The translations under genes and the position numbers were made by a program. A stretch of DNA of 64,000 bases, taken from contig JBJOKS010000016.1 of the NCBI GenBank assembly GCA_046045965.1, forward strand, positions 60,003 to 124,002, in the 5' to 3' direction. This DNA is from Cyanobacteriota bacterium (GTDB taxonomy: Bacteria; Cyanobacteriota; Cyanobacteriia; Cyanobacteriales; Nostocaceae). The number at the start of each line of letters is the position of its first letter. Position 1 is the stretch's first letter. The notes beneath the pieces were generated by a model. It was not told where the DNA came from, did no database searches, and worked only from the letters and a program-made list of their open reading frames with translations. Of this stretch, positions 10,479-21,034 are shown one piece after another.

Positions 10479-10732
10479 AAGTTTGGATGAGATGATCTGA
10501 GAATACAAATCATCCCATGCTAGGATGCTAAACGTCTAATATGTAAGAATTCAGGAGTCAGGAGTCAGGAGTCAGAATGTTGGATAGCTGAATGCTTACT
10601 GTTTTATTTTGGATTTGTGAGAATTAGGTAGTAATTTTTTTTAGTTGAACGCAGATAGACGCAGATAAACGCGGATGTTGCATTACTTTTTTTATTATTT
10701 CCAGATTCAGGATTTTTTGGATTTTCATTTAA

Positions 10733-11074
10733 CTACAATTTATTATTAATTTCTACAATCATTTCTCCTTGACGCAATTTTTTCAAAGCATCAAGTAAAG
10801 TGAAATTCAGAAGTTCACGCAAATTACGATTAGTAACATTACCACAAGTTAACCAAATAATTTGAGGAGGTATACCCAACCGACAAACTAAGTCAATAAA
10901 ATCACTGTCTTTTGTCATAATTATTACGTTAGCTATTTTTGCAGCTTCAAAAATTTCAATATCTTTAGCATCATGCAAACCCATTTCTTTTAATGAAAAT
11001 GCTTCAATAGCAAAAGTATTTGTTATCCAATTTGCTAATGTTGGAGGTAACTGTGCATCAAGCCAAATTTTCAT
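10733..11074 (-). CDS. DUF5615 PIN-like toxin
   Basis: WLDAQLP...D.EIF...TKDSDF...PPQIIW; overlaps the DUF433 gene. Confidence 0.85.
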   Translation of the reverse strand: MKIWLDAQLPPTLANWITNTFAIEAFSLKEMGLHDAKDIEIFEAAKIANVIIMTKDSDFIDLVCRLGIPPQIIWLTCGNVTNRNLRELLNFTLLDALKKLRQGEMIVEINNKL

Positions 11075-11295
11075 GCGGTTAATCTAACAAAATCAGTGCG
11101 TCTTGCAGCAAATATCAGACAAGCCTGAATATCTTCTAGTTCTAAATCGGGAAAATCTGCTAAAATTTCATTCACACTGACATTTTCTGCTAACATTTCC
11201 AAAATATCGCTAACTCTAATTCTCATTCCCCTGATGCAAGGACGACCTCCACATTGACCAGGTACTTGTGTAATACGAGTTAATAATTCATTCAT
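11071..11295 (-). CDS. DUF433 antitoxin
   Basis: PGQCGGRPCIRGMRIRV...ILADFPDL. Confidence 0.9.
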   Translation of the reverse strand: MNELLTRITQVPGQCGGRPCIRGMRIRVSDILEMLAENVSVNEILADFPDLELEDIQACLIFAARRTDFVRLTA

Positions 11296-11470
11296 GATTT
11301 TAGTTAGTAATTTAAATATAAATATTATACTATATTATTGATACAATTGTAAGTTTATGTAAATTATTTTTCAATAACATTCTGAAATCTATAATTTTCA
11401 ACCTAGATAAATAAAAGTCAACGTAGTTTTAGAGTATACTAGAAAATAAATCCTGGGAGGTAGAAATATT

Positions 11471-12037
11471 ATGGTAGCAACACCCACCCGTCAATTAAAT
11501 TTAGAAGAATTTTTACAACTACCAGAAACCAAACCTACAAGCGAATATATCAACGGAGAAATAATTCAAAAACCAATGCCCCAAGGTAAACATAGCATTA
11601 TTCAAGGTGAGTTAGTGACTACTGTTAATAGTGTAGTTAAACCTCAAAAAATCGCTTTAGCATTTCCCGAATTAAGATGTAACTTTGGGGGAAGTTCCAT
11701 AGTTTCCGATATAGCTGTATTTGCATGGAATAGAATTATTGTAGATGAAAAAGGTAACATTGAAAATGCTTTTAATACCTATCCAGACTGGATAATTGAA
11801 ATTCTTTCTCCTGAACAAAGTATAGCCAAACCCACCAAAAATATTTTACATTGTTTAAATCATGGTACTAGCTTAGGTTGGTTAATTATTCCCGAAGAAT
11901 ATAATATCATCATTTATCCCCAAAACCAACAACCGATTTATTTAGAAAACGAAACAGATATATTACCAGTTCCCGAAATAATGAAAGATATACATTTAAC
12001 ATTAAGAAAATTATTTGAATGCTTAAAATTAAACTAG
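11471..12037 (+). CDS. Uma2 family PD-(D/E)XK endonuclease
   Basis: LEEFLQLPETKP.SEYING..KPMP..H, PDWIIEILSP. Confidence 0.9.
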   Translation: MVATPTRQLNLEEFLQLPETKPTSEYINGEIIQKPMPQGKHSIIQGELVTTVNSVVKPQKIALAFPELRCNFGGSSIVSDIAVFAWNRIIVDEKGNIENAFNTYPDWIIEILSPEQSIAKPTKNILHCLNHGTSLGWLIIPEEYNIIIYPQNQQPIYLENETDILPVPEIMKDIHLTLRKLFECLKLN

Positions 12038-12182
12038 AGAGAAAATAAAATATTACCGACTTCTTTTTTATCCTCACCAAAAAACAGTTCTCCCTATTCT
12101 CTGCGTCCTCTGCGTCTCTGCGGTTCGTTAATAAAAACCTGTAAGAAAACGAAAAACCCGAAAAATAACAAACTTAAAAATC

Positions 12183-12704
12183 ATGAACTTACCAAACACA
12201 ATCACCTTTTCTCGACTAATAGGAATACCCTTTTTATTATACGGATTATATATACCCACACCCCAAGCCAAATGGATATGTGTAACCATATTTTTAATAG
12301 CAGCATTAACAGACTGGTTAGATGGATATTTAGCGAGGAAACTTAACCAAATTACAGATTTAGGGAAATTTCTTGATCCACTGGTTGATAAATTATTGGT
12401 ACTAGCACCATTATTAGTATTAGTTGAATTGGGTAAAATCCCAGCATGGGGAGTATTTATAATATTAGCACGAGAATTAGCGATCGCAGGTTGGCGAGTC
12501 AATCAAACCACCATCAGCGGTGCGAATATTTGGGGAAAGCTGAAAACAGTCAGTCAGATAATTGCGATCGCCCTACTCATAGCACCTTTATCACCAGGTT
12601 GGCAACTTCCTGCTTTAATAGCCTTTTGGATTTCCGTAATTTTAACTATAGCTTCTGGAATTATCTATATACTACCCCCAAAAAGCAAAATTGTTAATGA
12701 ATAA
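12183..12704 (+). CDS. pgsA: CDP-diacylglycerol--glycerol-3-phosphate 3-phosphatidyltransferase
   Basis: MNLPN.IT..R; DWLDGYLAR...GKFLDPLVDK CDP-alcohol motif. Confidence 0.95.
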   Translation: MNLPNTITFSRLIGIPFLLYGLYIPTPQAKWICVTIFLIAALTDWLDGYLARKLNQITDLGKFLDPLVDKLLVLAPLLVLVELGKIPAWGVFIILARELAIAGWRVNQTTISGANIWGKLKTVSQIIAIALLIAPLSPGWQLPALIAFWISVILTIASGIIYILPPKSKIVNE

Positions 12705-13003
12705 AAAATTAAACCTGTCAAATTTACACAAAACTCTTCCAGGAGTGCCTTTTTACTGATTATCTGTATGATTTTTAGTAAAATTGTTACGGTATTTACT
12801 TAAAAATGTGATATCCACTTACCCTCAATTTACATAACTTCACACTAAATTTAATTATTTTTTTCAAATTTCTCTATCTCATCCCGTTGTCATGCAGTAT
12901 AATTACTGAATAAGCCCATTGAAAAAATTTAACTCTTCTCATAATTAATTAAAAATACTGTTTCTTTTTGATCAGAAACTACAACCTAGCCAAAAGATTA
13001 ATC

Positions 13004-13786
13004 ATGGTAACTATTGATACAATGAATCCATTAAAAATCCTAGTAGTTAGATTATTAACTGCTATTTTCATCATCTCCAGCGTACCAACCCAGAGCAAAG
13101 CACAATTAACACACGGATACAAAGTGAGTATTAATTTTCCCGATACACCTAACCGGGGAGCGCCAGCACGCAGCGAAGGTGGAGGAAGAAGAGGGGTTTG
13201 TGATGCACATATAGTCAAAACAGAATCCCCAGGGAAGAAAAAAAATGATTTAATTGCCGTGACACCGAAAAATAATGTCATCACCACAATAGCATCCAAT
13301 CCCACAGTTTACGTTTATATTGATCCGAATCCTGGTAAAAAAGCTGAATTTATTCTAGTTGATGGAGAAACAGACATTTATACAACTCACTTTTCTCTTC
13401 CCGATCAAGCTGGAATAATCAAAATTGGTTTACCAAAATCTGTAAAATTGCAAGCAAATAAAACTTATACTTGGCAACTTCGAGTTATTTGTGAAGATAA
13501 AGCCGGAAATAAAGATAAATTTGTAGAAGGATTAATTGAACCCACATCTCTTACTTCAAAACAACTAACAAAAATACAACAGCTAAAACAACCTGTAGAA
13601 CAGGCAAAATTGTATGCTGAGTATGGTATTTGGGCAGAACTTGTGGATGTTTTAACATCAAATAATAACCCAGAATTGAAGAAGATATGGGTGAAAATTT
13701 TAGAATCTGTCGAATTAAAAGAAGTTGCCAATGTCCCAATCATTGATGTTAAGAAACTAGTGTCTTCTGTCAATAAACCTGGTTAA
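13004..13786 (+). CDS. DUF928 domain exported protein (start uncertain: 13004 or 13022)
   Basis: Signal peptide; RGAP..SEGGGRRG.C, P..YVY, YTW..RVIC, YAEYGIW. Confidence 0.8.
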   Translation: MVTIDTMNPLKILVVRLLTAIFIISSVPTQSKAQLTHGYKVSINFPDTPNRGAPARSEGGGRRGVCDAHIVKTESPGKKKNDLIAVTPKNNVITTIASNPTVYVYIDPNPGKKAEFILVDGETDIYTTHFSLPDQAGIIKIGLPKSVKLQANKTYTWQLRVICEDKAGNKDKFVEGLIEPTSLTSKQLTKIQQLKQPVEQAKLYAEYGIWAELVDVLTSNNNPELKKIWVKILESVELKEVANVPIIDVKKLVSSVNKPG

Positions 13787-13942
13787 ATTTTCCTCAAATA
13801 AATATCCATTAAGAATGGGTAATTTGAGGAGATAAATTACCTCATTAGTAAAGCTGTCGAATGTATATAGCCTATAAATTTAGTATTTTTCAAGTATTGA
13901 ATCAATAAATCAATCTGTTCATTAAAACCAAGGATTGAACAA

Positions 13943-16900
13943 ATGAAATTTCAAAAAAAGGAATTTTATTATCATTTATTCTTAACAATAATATTATTTA
14001 TTGGTGGATTAATCAATAACAAAAGCGCATCTGCTCAACTCACACCAGATAATACATTAGGTGCAAAAAACTCAATTGTGAAACCAGTTGATAGTTTAAA
14101 AGACAGAATAGAAGGTGGTGTAACTAGAGGAGTAAATTTATTTCATAGTTTTCAAGAATTTAATGTTGATGCAGGTAAAAGCGTCTATTTTGCCAACCCT
14201 TTAAGAATTGAGAATATATTAACTCGTGTTACTGGTAGTAACGTTTCTAATATTTTTGGAACATTAGGAGTAGAAGGAGCAGCGAATTTATTTTTAATCA
14301 ATCCTAATGGGATATTTTTTGGGAATGGTGCAAGTTTAAATATTAGTGGTTCATTCACTGCTACTACTGCTGATGGCATTAGATTAGGTGAAACTGGGTT
14401 ATTTAGTGCAACTCATCCTCAAACTAGCAATTTACTGACTGTACAACCAGGGGCATTATTTAGAAATGCTTTGAGAAATCAAACTTCAGAAATTAGAAAT
14501 GAAAGTAATTTAACAGTTGGACAAAATCTGACATTTGATGCTGACAATATCAACTTATCCGGTAGGTTACAAGCGGGAGGAGATTTAAACCTAAAAGCTA
14601 ATCAGACAATTTCCATTAATAGAGGTAATATCAACACTGATAATAATGGAACAGGTCAGGGAAGAGATATCAACATAACTACTGGATCTTTGTATCTCAC
14701 CAATAGTTCTGTTTTATCTGCTAATACCTTAGATCAAGGTGATGGAGGAACTGTCAAGATTACTGCTACTGATACTGTCAGGTTTGATGGTGGAAGTAAT
14801 GCTACTAGTCAAGTAGGATTCGTATCATCCGGGAAAGGAGGAAGTGTAGATATTTCCTCTGGATCATTAGAACTGCTGGGTGGTTCTTTTCTCTCTGTGA
14901 GTACCTTTGGTCAAGGGGATGCAGGTAGCGTGAATATTACCACTCAATCCCTAAAACTGGATGGTTCTTCGCTGACTGCTAGTACCACTGGTCAAGGGGA
15001 TGGAGGAATTGTCAAGATTACCGCTACTGATACCATTAAGTTCAATGCTGGAAGCAGTATTCAAGTAGAAACAGGAGCAGCAGGACAAGCAGGGAGTGTA
15101 GAGATTTCCACTGGGTCTTTAGAATTGCTGGGTGGTTCTAGACTGACTGCTAATACCTTAGCTCAAGGAGATGCAGGAATTGTCAAAATTACTGCCACTG
15201 ATAATATTAAGTTGGATGGTAGCAGTAGTGTTGAAAGTGCAGTAGCATCAGGAGCAAGAGTGACAGCAGGAGATGTGGATATTTCTACCAGGTCATTAGT
15301 GGAGATTTCCACTAAGTCCTTGGAATTGCTAGGTGGTTCTAGACTGGAAGCTAGTACCTTTGCAAGAGGAAATGCAGGAACTATTAGAATTACTGCTACT
15401 GATACTGTCAAATTTGATGCTGGAAGTTTTGCTCAAAGCGCCGTGGGAGAAGGAGGAGTAGGAAATGCAGGGGGTGTGGAGATTTCCGCCAGGTCCTTGG
15501 AAGTGCTAGGTGGTTCTTTTCTTGAAGCTAGTACCCTTGCTCAAGGGAATGCAGGAACTGTCAGAATTACTGATGCTGATACTGTGAAGTTTGATAGTGG
15601 AAGTTTTGCTCAAAGTGCAGTAAGAGCAGGAGCAGTGGGAAATGCAGGGGGTGTGGAGATTTCCACTAAGTCCTTGGAAGTGCTAGGTGGTTCTAGACTG
15701 GAAGCTAGTACCTTTGCAAGAGGAAATGCAGGAACTATTAGAATTACTGATGCTGATACTGTGAAGTTTGATAGTGGAAGTTTTGCTCAAAGCGCCGTAG
15801 GAGAAGGAGCAGTAGGAAATGCAGGGGGTGTGGAGATTTCCACTAAGTCCTTGGAAGTGCTAGGTGGTTCTAGACTGGAAGCTAGTACCTTTGCAAGAGG
15901 AAATGCAGGAACTATTAGAATTACCGATGCTGATACTGTCAAATTTGATGATGGAAGTTTTGCTCAAAGCGCCGTGGGATCAGGAGCAGTAGGAAATGCA
16001 GGGGGTGTGGAGATTTCCACTAAGTCCTTGGAAGTGCTGGGTGGTTCTACACTTGAAGTCAGTACCCTTGCTCAAGGAAATGCAGGAACTGTCAGAATTA
16101 CTGCTGCTGATAGTGTCAAATTTGATGGTCGAAGCTCTGCTCAAAGTGCAGTCCTATCAGGAGGAGTAGGAAATGCAGGGGGTGTGGAGGTTTCCACTAG
16201 GTCATTGGAAGTGCTGGGTGGTTCTTCTCTTTCTGCTATTACCTCTGGCCAAGAGGATGCAGGTACTATCAATATCACCGCTAATACATTTACTGCTACC
16301 ACAGGGGGAGAAGTTGTCAGTACCACATTTAGTAGCGCCCAAGCAGGAAATATTAACCTGAATATCCGCGATCGCATCAATCTAGACGGTGCAAGGATAG
16401 CAGTAAATAGTCAAGGAGGTGGTCAAGGTGGAGATATTTCCATAACAGCAGGTTTACTCAGTTTAGATAATCAAGCCTTGATCACTGCTGCAACAGATAA
16501 TAGTCAAGGTGGAAATATTAACCTACTAGCAATTTCCGATTTATTATTGTTGCGAAATAACAGCGAAATTACTGCCACCGCAGGAACAGCCCAAGCTGCT
16601 GGAGATGGCGGAAACATCACTATTAATACTCCTTTTATTGTTGCCTTTCCTCAAGAAAATAGTGATATTACTGCTAATGCTTTTGAAGGAAATGGTGGGA
16701 GAATTTCAATCAATACTAATTCCATATTTGGGCTAGAATTTCGGAATCAACTAACTCCATTAAGTGATATTACCGTATCTTCTGAATTTGGTTTAGCAGG
16801 AGATGTGGAAATCAATACTCCAGAAGTAGATCCTACCTCTGGTTTAATTAATTTACCTACATCCTTAGTAGATATAGAAAGTTTAAATAAAGATGTTTGT

Positions 16901-17209
16901 GCTGTCAAAGATGATAAAATTGCTGGAGGTAGTTCTTTCATCATTACTGGTAAAGGTGGTTTACCTGCGGATACAAATGAATTAATTAGTAATTCTCCCG
17001 CTTATGTGGAATGGGAAAATAATTCAGAAGTCGTTACAGAATCGCAACCATCACCAGTCAAAGTTACTCAAAGAAATAAAAATGATGTTCCAGAAATACA
17101 AGAAGCACAAGGTTGGATTATTACCCCAGATGGTAAAGTAATTCTCATTGCTGATGCTGCAAAAGTCACTCTACAAAGTCATCAAGATAATTTACCACGT
17201 TGTAAATAA
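13943..17209 (+). CDS. Filamentous-haemagglutinin-like (TpsA) secreted beta-helical protein
   Basis: Signal peptide; NLFHSFQEFN, NLFLINPNGIFFG TPS domain; Gly-rich repeats; C-terminal SFIITGKGGLP...EAQGW. Confidence 0.9.
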   Translation: MKFQKKEFYYHLFLTIILFIGGLINNKSASAQLTPDNTLGAKNSIVKPVDSLKDRIEGGVTRGVNLFHSFQEFNVDAGKSVYFANPLRIENILTRVTGSNVSNIFGTLGVEGAANLFLINPNGIFFGNGASLNISGSFTATTADGIRLGETGLFSATHPQTSNLLTVQPGALFRNALRNQTSEIRNESNLTVGQNLTFDADNINLSGRLQAGGDLNLKANQTISINRGNINTDNNGTGQGRDINITTGSLYLTNSSVLSANTLDQGDGGTVKITATDTVRFDGGSNATSQVGFVSSGKGGSVDISSGSLELLGGSFLSVSTFGQGDAGSVNITTQSLKLDGSSLTASTTGQGDGGIVKITATDTIKFNAGSSIQVETGAAGQAGSVEISTGSLELLGGSRLTANTLAQGDAGIVKITATDNIKLDGSSSVESAVASGARVTAGDVDISTRSLVEISTKSLELLGGSRLEASTFARGNAGTIRITATDTVKFDAGSFAQSAVGEGGVGNAGGVEISARSLEVLGGSFLEASTLAQGNAGTVRITDADTVKFDSGSFAQSAVRAGAVGNAGGVEISTKSLEVLGGSRLEASTFARGNAGTIRITDADTVKFDSGSFAQSAVGEGAVGNAGGVEISTKSLEVLGGSRLEASTFARGNAGTIRITDADTVKFDDGSFAQSAVGSGAVGNAGGVEISTKSLEVLGGSTLEVSTLAQGNAGTVRITAADSVKFDGRSSAQSAVLSGGVGNAGGVEVSTRSLEVLGGSSLSAITSGQEDAGTINITANTFTATTGGEVVSTTFSSAQAGNINLNIRDRINLDGARIAVNSQGGGQGGDISITAGLLSLDNQALITAATDNSQGGNINLLAISDLLLLRNNSEITATAGTAQAAGDGGNITINTPFIVAFPQENSDITANAFEGNGGRISINTNSIFGLEFRNQLTPLSDITVSSEFGLAGDVEINTPEVDPTSGLINLPTSLVDIESLNKDVCAVKDDKIAGGSSFIITGKGGLPADTNELISNSPAYVEWENNSEVVTESQPSPVKVTQRNKNDVPEIQEAQGWIITPDGKVILIADAAKVTLQSHQDNLPRCK
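15461..16260 (+). repeat. Intragenic 177-bp (59-aa) tandem repeats
   Basis: GGAAATGCAGGGGGTGTGGAG recurs at 15461, 15638, 15815, 15992, 16169. Confidence 0.9.
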
Positions 17210-17248
17210 TTACGTTTTTATAATCTCCCGCAAAGGAAGAAAGATATT

Positions 17249-19795
17249 ATGAAGTTAAATCGGAAGGTTTTGATTTTAAGTTTATTATCATTCATCTGTG
17301 TTTTTATTTCCTCTCCAGTTCTGGCTAATATTAATCATATTCAGATAGGTGTTGAAAATACTATATCTCTAGAAAATCAAGCTCAAAAATTATATCAAAA
17401 TGGAGAATTTCAACCAGCTATTGCTAAATTAAAAGAAGCTATTAATAATTATCAGAAAAAAGATAATTTTGTAGGACAAGTAATAGCTTGGAGAAATTTA
17501 GGTTTAGTATATCAAAAAATGGGAGATGCTAAAGAAGCTCAACAAGCTGTAGAAGAAAGTAAAAAATATTTGACAAAAATATCAGATAGTAGAAAACGTC
17601 AAGAATTATTTGCCAAAACCCGCGAAGTGCAAGGACAAATTCAATTATCTCTTGGTGATGCTCAAGCTTCTTTAAAAACATGGAAAGAGGTAATTGATAT
17701 CTATACCCAATTAGGAGACACTACAGGATTAATTAGAACTAAAATTAATGAAGCGCAATCACTCCAAGGTTTAGGTTTATATAATCAAGCTGTTAAAAAT
17801 CTCACGGCAACTAAAGAAATTTTAGATCAACAACCAGAGACTTTACTCAAAGTTAAAGCACTCCTCAATTTAGGTGATGTTTTACGAGGAATAATGAAAT
17901 TAGAAGAATCAGAAAAAGCATTAAATCAAAGTTTAACTATTGCCAAAAATCTATCATCTGATTCTGCGATTACTGAAGCTTTAATTAGTTTAGGTAAAAC
18001 CTCTAGATTACAATCAAATTCTCAGCAGAATATAGATTATTTTCAACAAGCAATTGAAAAATCCCCATCACCAGATTTATTAATTCAAGCTTATTTGAAT
18101 AAACTTGATGTGTTATTATCTAAACAACCAGTACAAACAGCAGAAGCTCAAGTATTAATTCCCAAAATTCAAGCTACTTTAACTAAATTACCTGCTAGTC
18201 GTAGCGCGGTTTATGCTCGTATTACTTTAGCCAGAACTCTTCTTAAAGATGAAAAAATATCTAGCATTAATCAAAGTCTAATTGTGAATGAATTAGCAAC
18301 CGCATTAAATTTGTCTCAAAAACTAGGAGATAGTCGTGCAGAAAGCTATGCTTTAGGAGTTTTAGGAGGTGTCTATGAGAAAAATCACCGCTATGCAGAA
18401 GCGCAAAAATTAACAGAAAAAGCTGTTTTAATTGCTCAAAGAATTAAATCACCAGATATTAGTTATCAATGGCAATGGCAATTAGGTAGAATATTAGCAG
18501 CACAAGGAAACAAAAAGGATGCTATATCTGTCTATCAACAAACGGTTGAAACTTTAAAAAATATTAGAACTGATTTAGTTGCTATTAGTTCAGATTTACA
18601 ATTTTCTTTTCGAGAAGATGTTGAACCAGTTTATCGAGAATTAGCAGGATTATTATTAAAGGAAAAACCAAGTCAACAACAATTAAAAGATGCTAGAACA
18701 GTTATTGAAGATTTACAACTAGCAGAGTTAGATAATTTCTTTAGAAATGCTTGTTTAAATGCTAAACCTGTACAAATAGATCAACTCAATGATCCGACTA
18801 CGGCTATTTTCTATAGTCTGATTTTAAAGGATAGCTTAGAAGTAATTGTAGCTTTACCTAACCAACCTCTACAACATTATTCACAACCTATATCTGAAGG
18901 AGAAATAAATAAAAAAATTAAAGATTTACAAGAACTATTATATCTTCCTACAACTGCTCGTACACAAACAAGATTGAGGTTATCTCAAGAATTTTACAAC
19001 CTGTTCATTCAGCCGATCGAAAAAGAACTACCAACTCAGAGTATCAAAAATCTAGTTTTTATTTCGGATGGAGCTTTAAAAAATATTCCCTTAGCTACTA
19101 TTTATGATGGTAAAGAATATTTAATTGAAAAATATAGTGTTGCTATTGCTCCTAGTTTACAACTTGTAGATATTAAACCTTTAGCAAGAGAGCAGGTACA
19201 ATTATTAGCAGGAGGATTAAGTGAAGCTCGTCAAAATTTTGACCCATTACCTAATGTAGTATCAGAATTAGAACAAATTAAAGCTCGATTTCCTAATGGA
19301 ATTTTTCTGAAAAACGAATCATTTGCTACTAAAAATGTAGAAAATAATATTCAACAATATCCTGCTCAAATTGTTCATTTAGCTACTCATGGTAAATTTA
19401 GTTCTAAGGCTGAAGATACATTTATTTTAACTTGGGATAATCAATTAAATATTGACCAATTAAATAATCTTCTGCGTTCTGATAAAAAACAAATTCGTCC
19501 CATTGAATTATTAGTTTTGAGTGCTTGTCAAACTGCTAGTGGAGATGATAGAGCAACTTTAGGTTTAGCAGGAATAGCAGTAAAAGCAGGAGCGCGGAGT
19601 ACCATTGCTAGTCTTTGGTTGGTTGATGATGAAGCAACTTCTGTACTCATGACGAAATTATATCAGGAATTAGCTAATAGTAAAATTACCAAAGCAGAAG
19701 CATTGCGTCGCGCTCAATTAGAAGTTTTAAAACAGAAAAACTTTGAGCATCCTTATTTTTGGTCGGCTTTTGTATTAATAGGTAATTGGTTGTAA
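17249..19795 (+). CDS. TPR + CHAT (caspase-like) domain protein with signal peptide
   Basis: TPR-like helices; VHLATHG (His), LVLSACQTA (Cys), HPYFWSAFVLIGNW. Confidence 0.9.
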   Translation: MKLNRKVLILSLLSFICVFISSPVLANINHIQIGVENTISLENQAQKLYQNGEFQPAIAKLKEAINNYQKKDNFVGQVIAWRNLGLVYQKMGDAKEAQQAVEESKKYLTKISDSRKRQELFAKTREVQGQIQLSLGDAQASLKTWKEVIDIYTQLGDTTGLIRTKINEAQSLQGLGLYNQAVKNLTATKEILDQQPETLLKVKALLNLGDVLRGIMKLEESEKALNQSLTIAKNLSSDSAITEALISLGKTSRLQSNSQQNIDYFQQAIEKSPSPDLLIQAYLNKLDVLLSKQPVQTAEAQVLIPKIQATLTKLPASRSAVYARITLARTLLKDEKISSINQSLIVNELATALNLSQKLGDSRAESYALGVLGGVYEKNHRYAEAQKLTEKAVLIAQRIKSPDISYQWQWQLGRILAAQGNKKDAISVYQQTVETLKNIRTDLVAISSDLQFSFREDVEPVYRELAGLLLKEKPSQQQLKDARTVIEDLQLAELDNFFRNACLNAKPVQIDQLNDPTTAIFYSLILKDSLEVIVALPNQPLQHYSQPISEGEINKKIKDLQELLYLPTTARTQTRLRLSQEFYNLFIQPIEKELPTQSIKNLVFISDGALKNIPLATIYDGKEYLIEKYSVAIAPSLQLVDIKPLAREQVQLLAGGLSEARQNFDPLPNVVSELEQIKARFPNGIFLKNESFATKNVENNIQQYPAQIVHLATHGKFSSKAEDTFILTWDNQLNIDQLNNLLRSDKKQIRPIELLVLSACQTASGDDRATLGLAGIAVKAGARSTIASLWLVDDEATSVLMTKLYQELANSKITKAEALRRAQLEVLKQKNFEHPYFWSAFVLIGNWL

Positions 19796-19805
19796 AATAG
19801 AAGAT

Positions 19806-19831
19806 GTAGGGGTTTAGCAATGCTAAACCCT
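19806..19831. repeat. REP-like hairpin between convergent genes (possible terminator)
   Basis: GTAGGGGTTTAGCAATGCTAAACCCT. Confidence 0.65.
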
Positions 19832-19850
19832 GAATAATGAATACTAGAAA

Positions 19851-20783
19851 TTACACTGCTTTCAAAATTTCATCATCTACAGAAAAATCAATTTCTGCTT
19901 TATCTGCACCACTGGCTAAATAATCATTTTGCCAAGAATCTTTCAACCCAGAGATTAAATCATATTTAGGTTGCCAATTTAATTCTGTCATCGCTTTATT
20001 TACCGATGCAAAAAAGTGTTGTACTCGCATTGGGAAAGCTTTACGTTTGCCAAAATCAAACTTTTTCGGATCGTAATGTACTATTTTCAGATCATCGACA
20101 GATTTACCAGCAGCAACAGCACAAGCACGGGCTAAACCATCAAAAGTGACAAAGCGATCGCCTGATATATTATAAATCTGTCCAATCGCCTTTTCATTAT
20201 CAATTACTTGTGTCATCGCCTGTGCTAAATCTTTCACATGGCCTAATTGAGTAAAGTGCATTCCATTACCAGGAATGGGAATTGGGCGATCGCGGACAAT
20301 TCTATCAAAAAACCAGCTCTCCAAAGGATTATAATTCTGTGGTCCGTAAATATAAGTTGGACGAATCGAAGTAAAAGCAATTCCCAACTGTTGTAAGTAA
20401 GCTTCCGTTTCATGCTTACCCTTGTGACGACTCTTCGGATCAACAGTATCACCTTCAATATGAGGCATTTGATCCGATTTCAGATACACCCCCGCAGAAC
20501 TCATGTAAACAAAGTGTTTAACCCGTCCTTGGAAAATTTCCGCCAACGGTTGAGTATCAGCCAGTTCCCGCCCGTTATTGTCAAAAATCACATCAAAGGT
20601 TTCTGGTGATAACTTGGCTTTTAACTGGCTAGAGTCAGTGCGATCGCCTATAATCTGTCCTACACCATCAGGCGCTAGATGATTACCACGATTAAACAAC
20701 ACCACCTCATGTCCAGCTTCCACCAATAGCTGAGTCAAGTAGACACCAATGAACCGAGTCCCACCAATAACCAGAATACGCAT
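19851..20783 (-). CDS. NAD-dependent epimerase/dehydratase family protein (CSP41-like)
   Basis: True start MRILVIGGTRFIG at 20783; the longer ORF-track N-terminus is translated STRR. Confidence 0.85.
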   Translation of the reverse strand: MRILVIGGTRFIGVYLTQLLVEAGHEVVLFNRGNHLAPDGVGQIIGDRTDSSQLKAKLSPETFDVIFDNNGRELADTQPLAEIFQGRVKHFVYMSSAGVYLKSDQMPHIEGDTVDPKSRHKGKHETEAYLQQLGIAFTSIRPTYIYGPQNYNPLESWFFDRIVRDRPIPIPGNGMHFTQLGHVKDLAQAMTQVIDNEKAIGQIYNISGDRFVTFDGLARACAVAAGKSVDDLKIVHYDPKKFDFGKRKAFPMRVQHFFASVNKAMTELNWQPKYDLISGLKDSWQNDYLASGADKAEIDFSVDDEILKAV

Positions 20784-20842
20784 AAAATCCCAATTCCTCA
20801 TGAACACAGGTGAAAAAACACCCCTATTGTTGAGGTTATCAG

Positions 20843-21023
20843 AGGTAATAGGTAATTGGTAATGGGTGATTCGTGATTGGGGAATCAGGAAACAGGGAAC
20901 AGGGAAGAAGTAAACTATTTTCTCCCCATCTCCCCATCTCCCCATCTCCCCATCTCCCCAGTCCCCAGTAAAGAGTCCCCAGTAAAGAGTCCCCAGTCCC
21001 CAGTAAAGAGTCCCCAGTCCCCA
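20843..21023. repeat. Compound STRR array (GGTAATT, GGGAACA, CCCCATCT, CCCCAGT units)
   Basis: Tandem 7-8-mers in a divergent intergenic region. Confidence 0.85.
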
Positions 21024-21034
21024 ATTTTTAAACA

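Noticed and set aside
15461..16260. Near-identical repeats as a diversity-generating retroelement TR/VR
   Set aside because: Tandem coding units, differences are not adenine-specific, and no reverse transcriptase is present.
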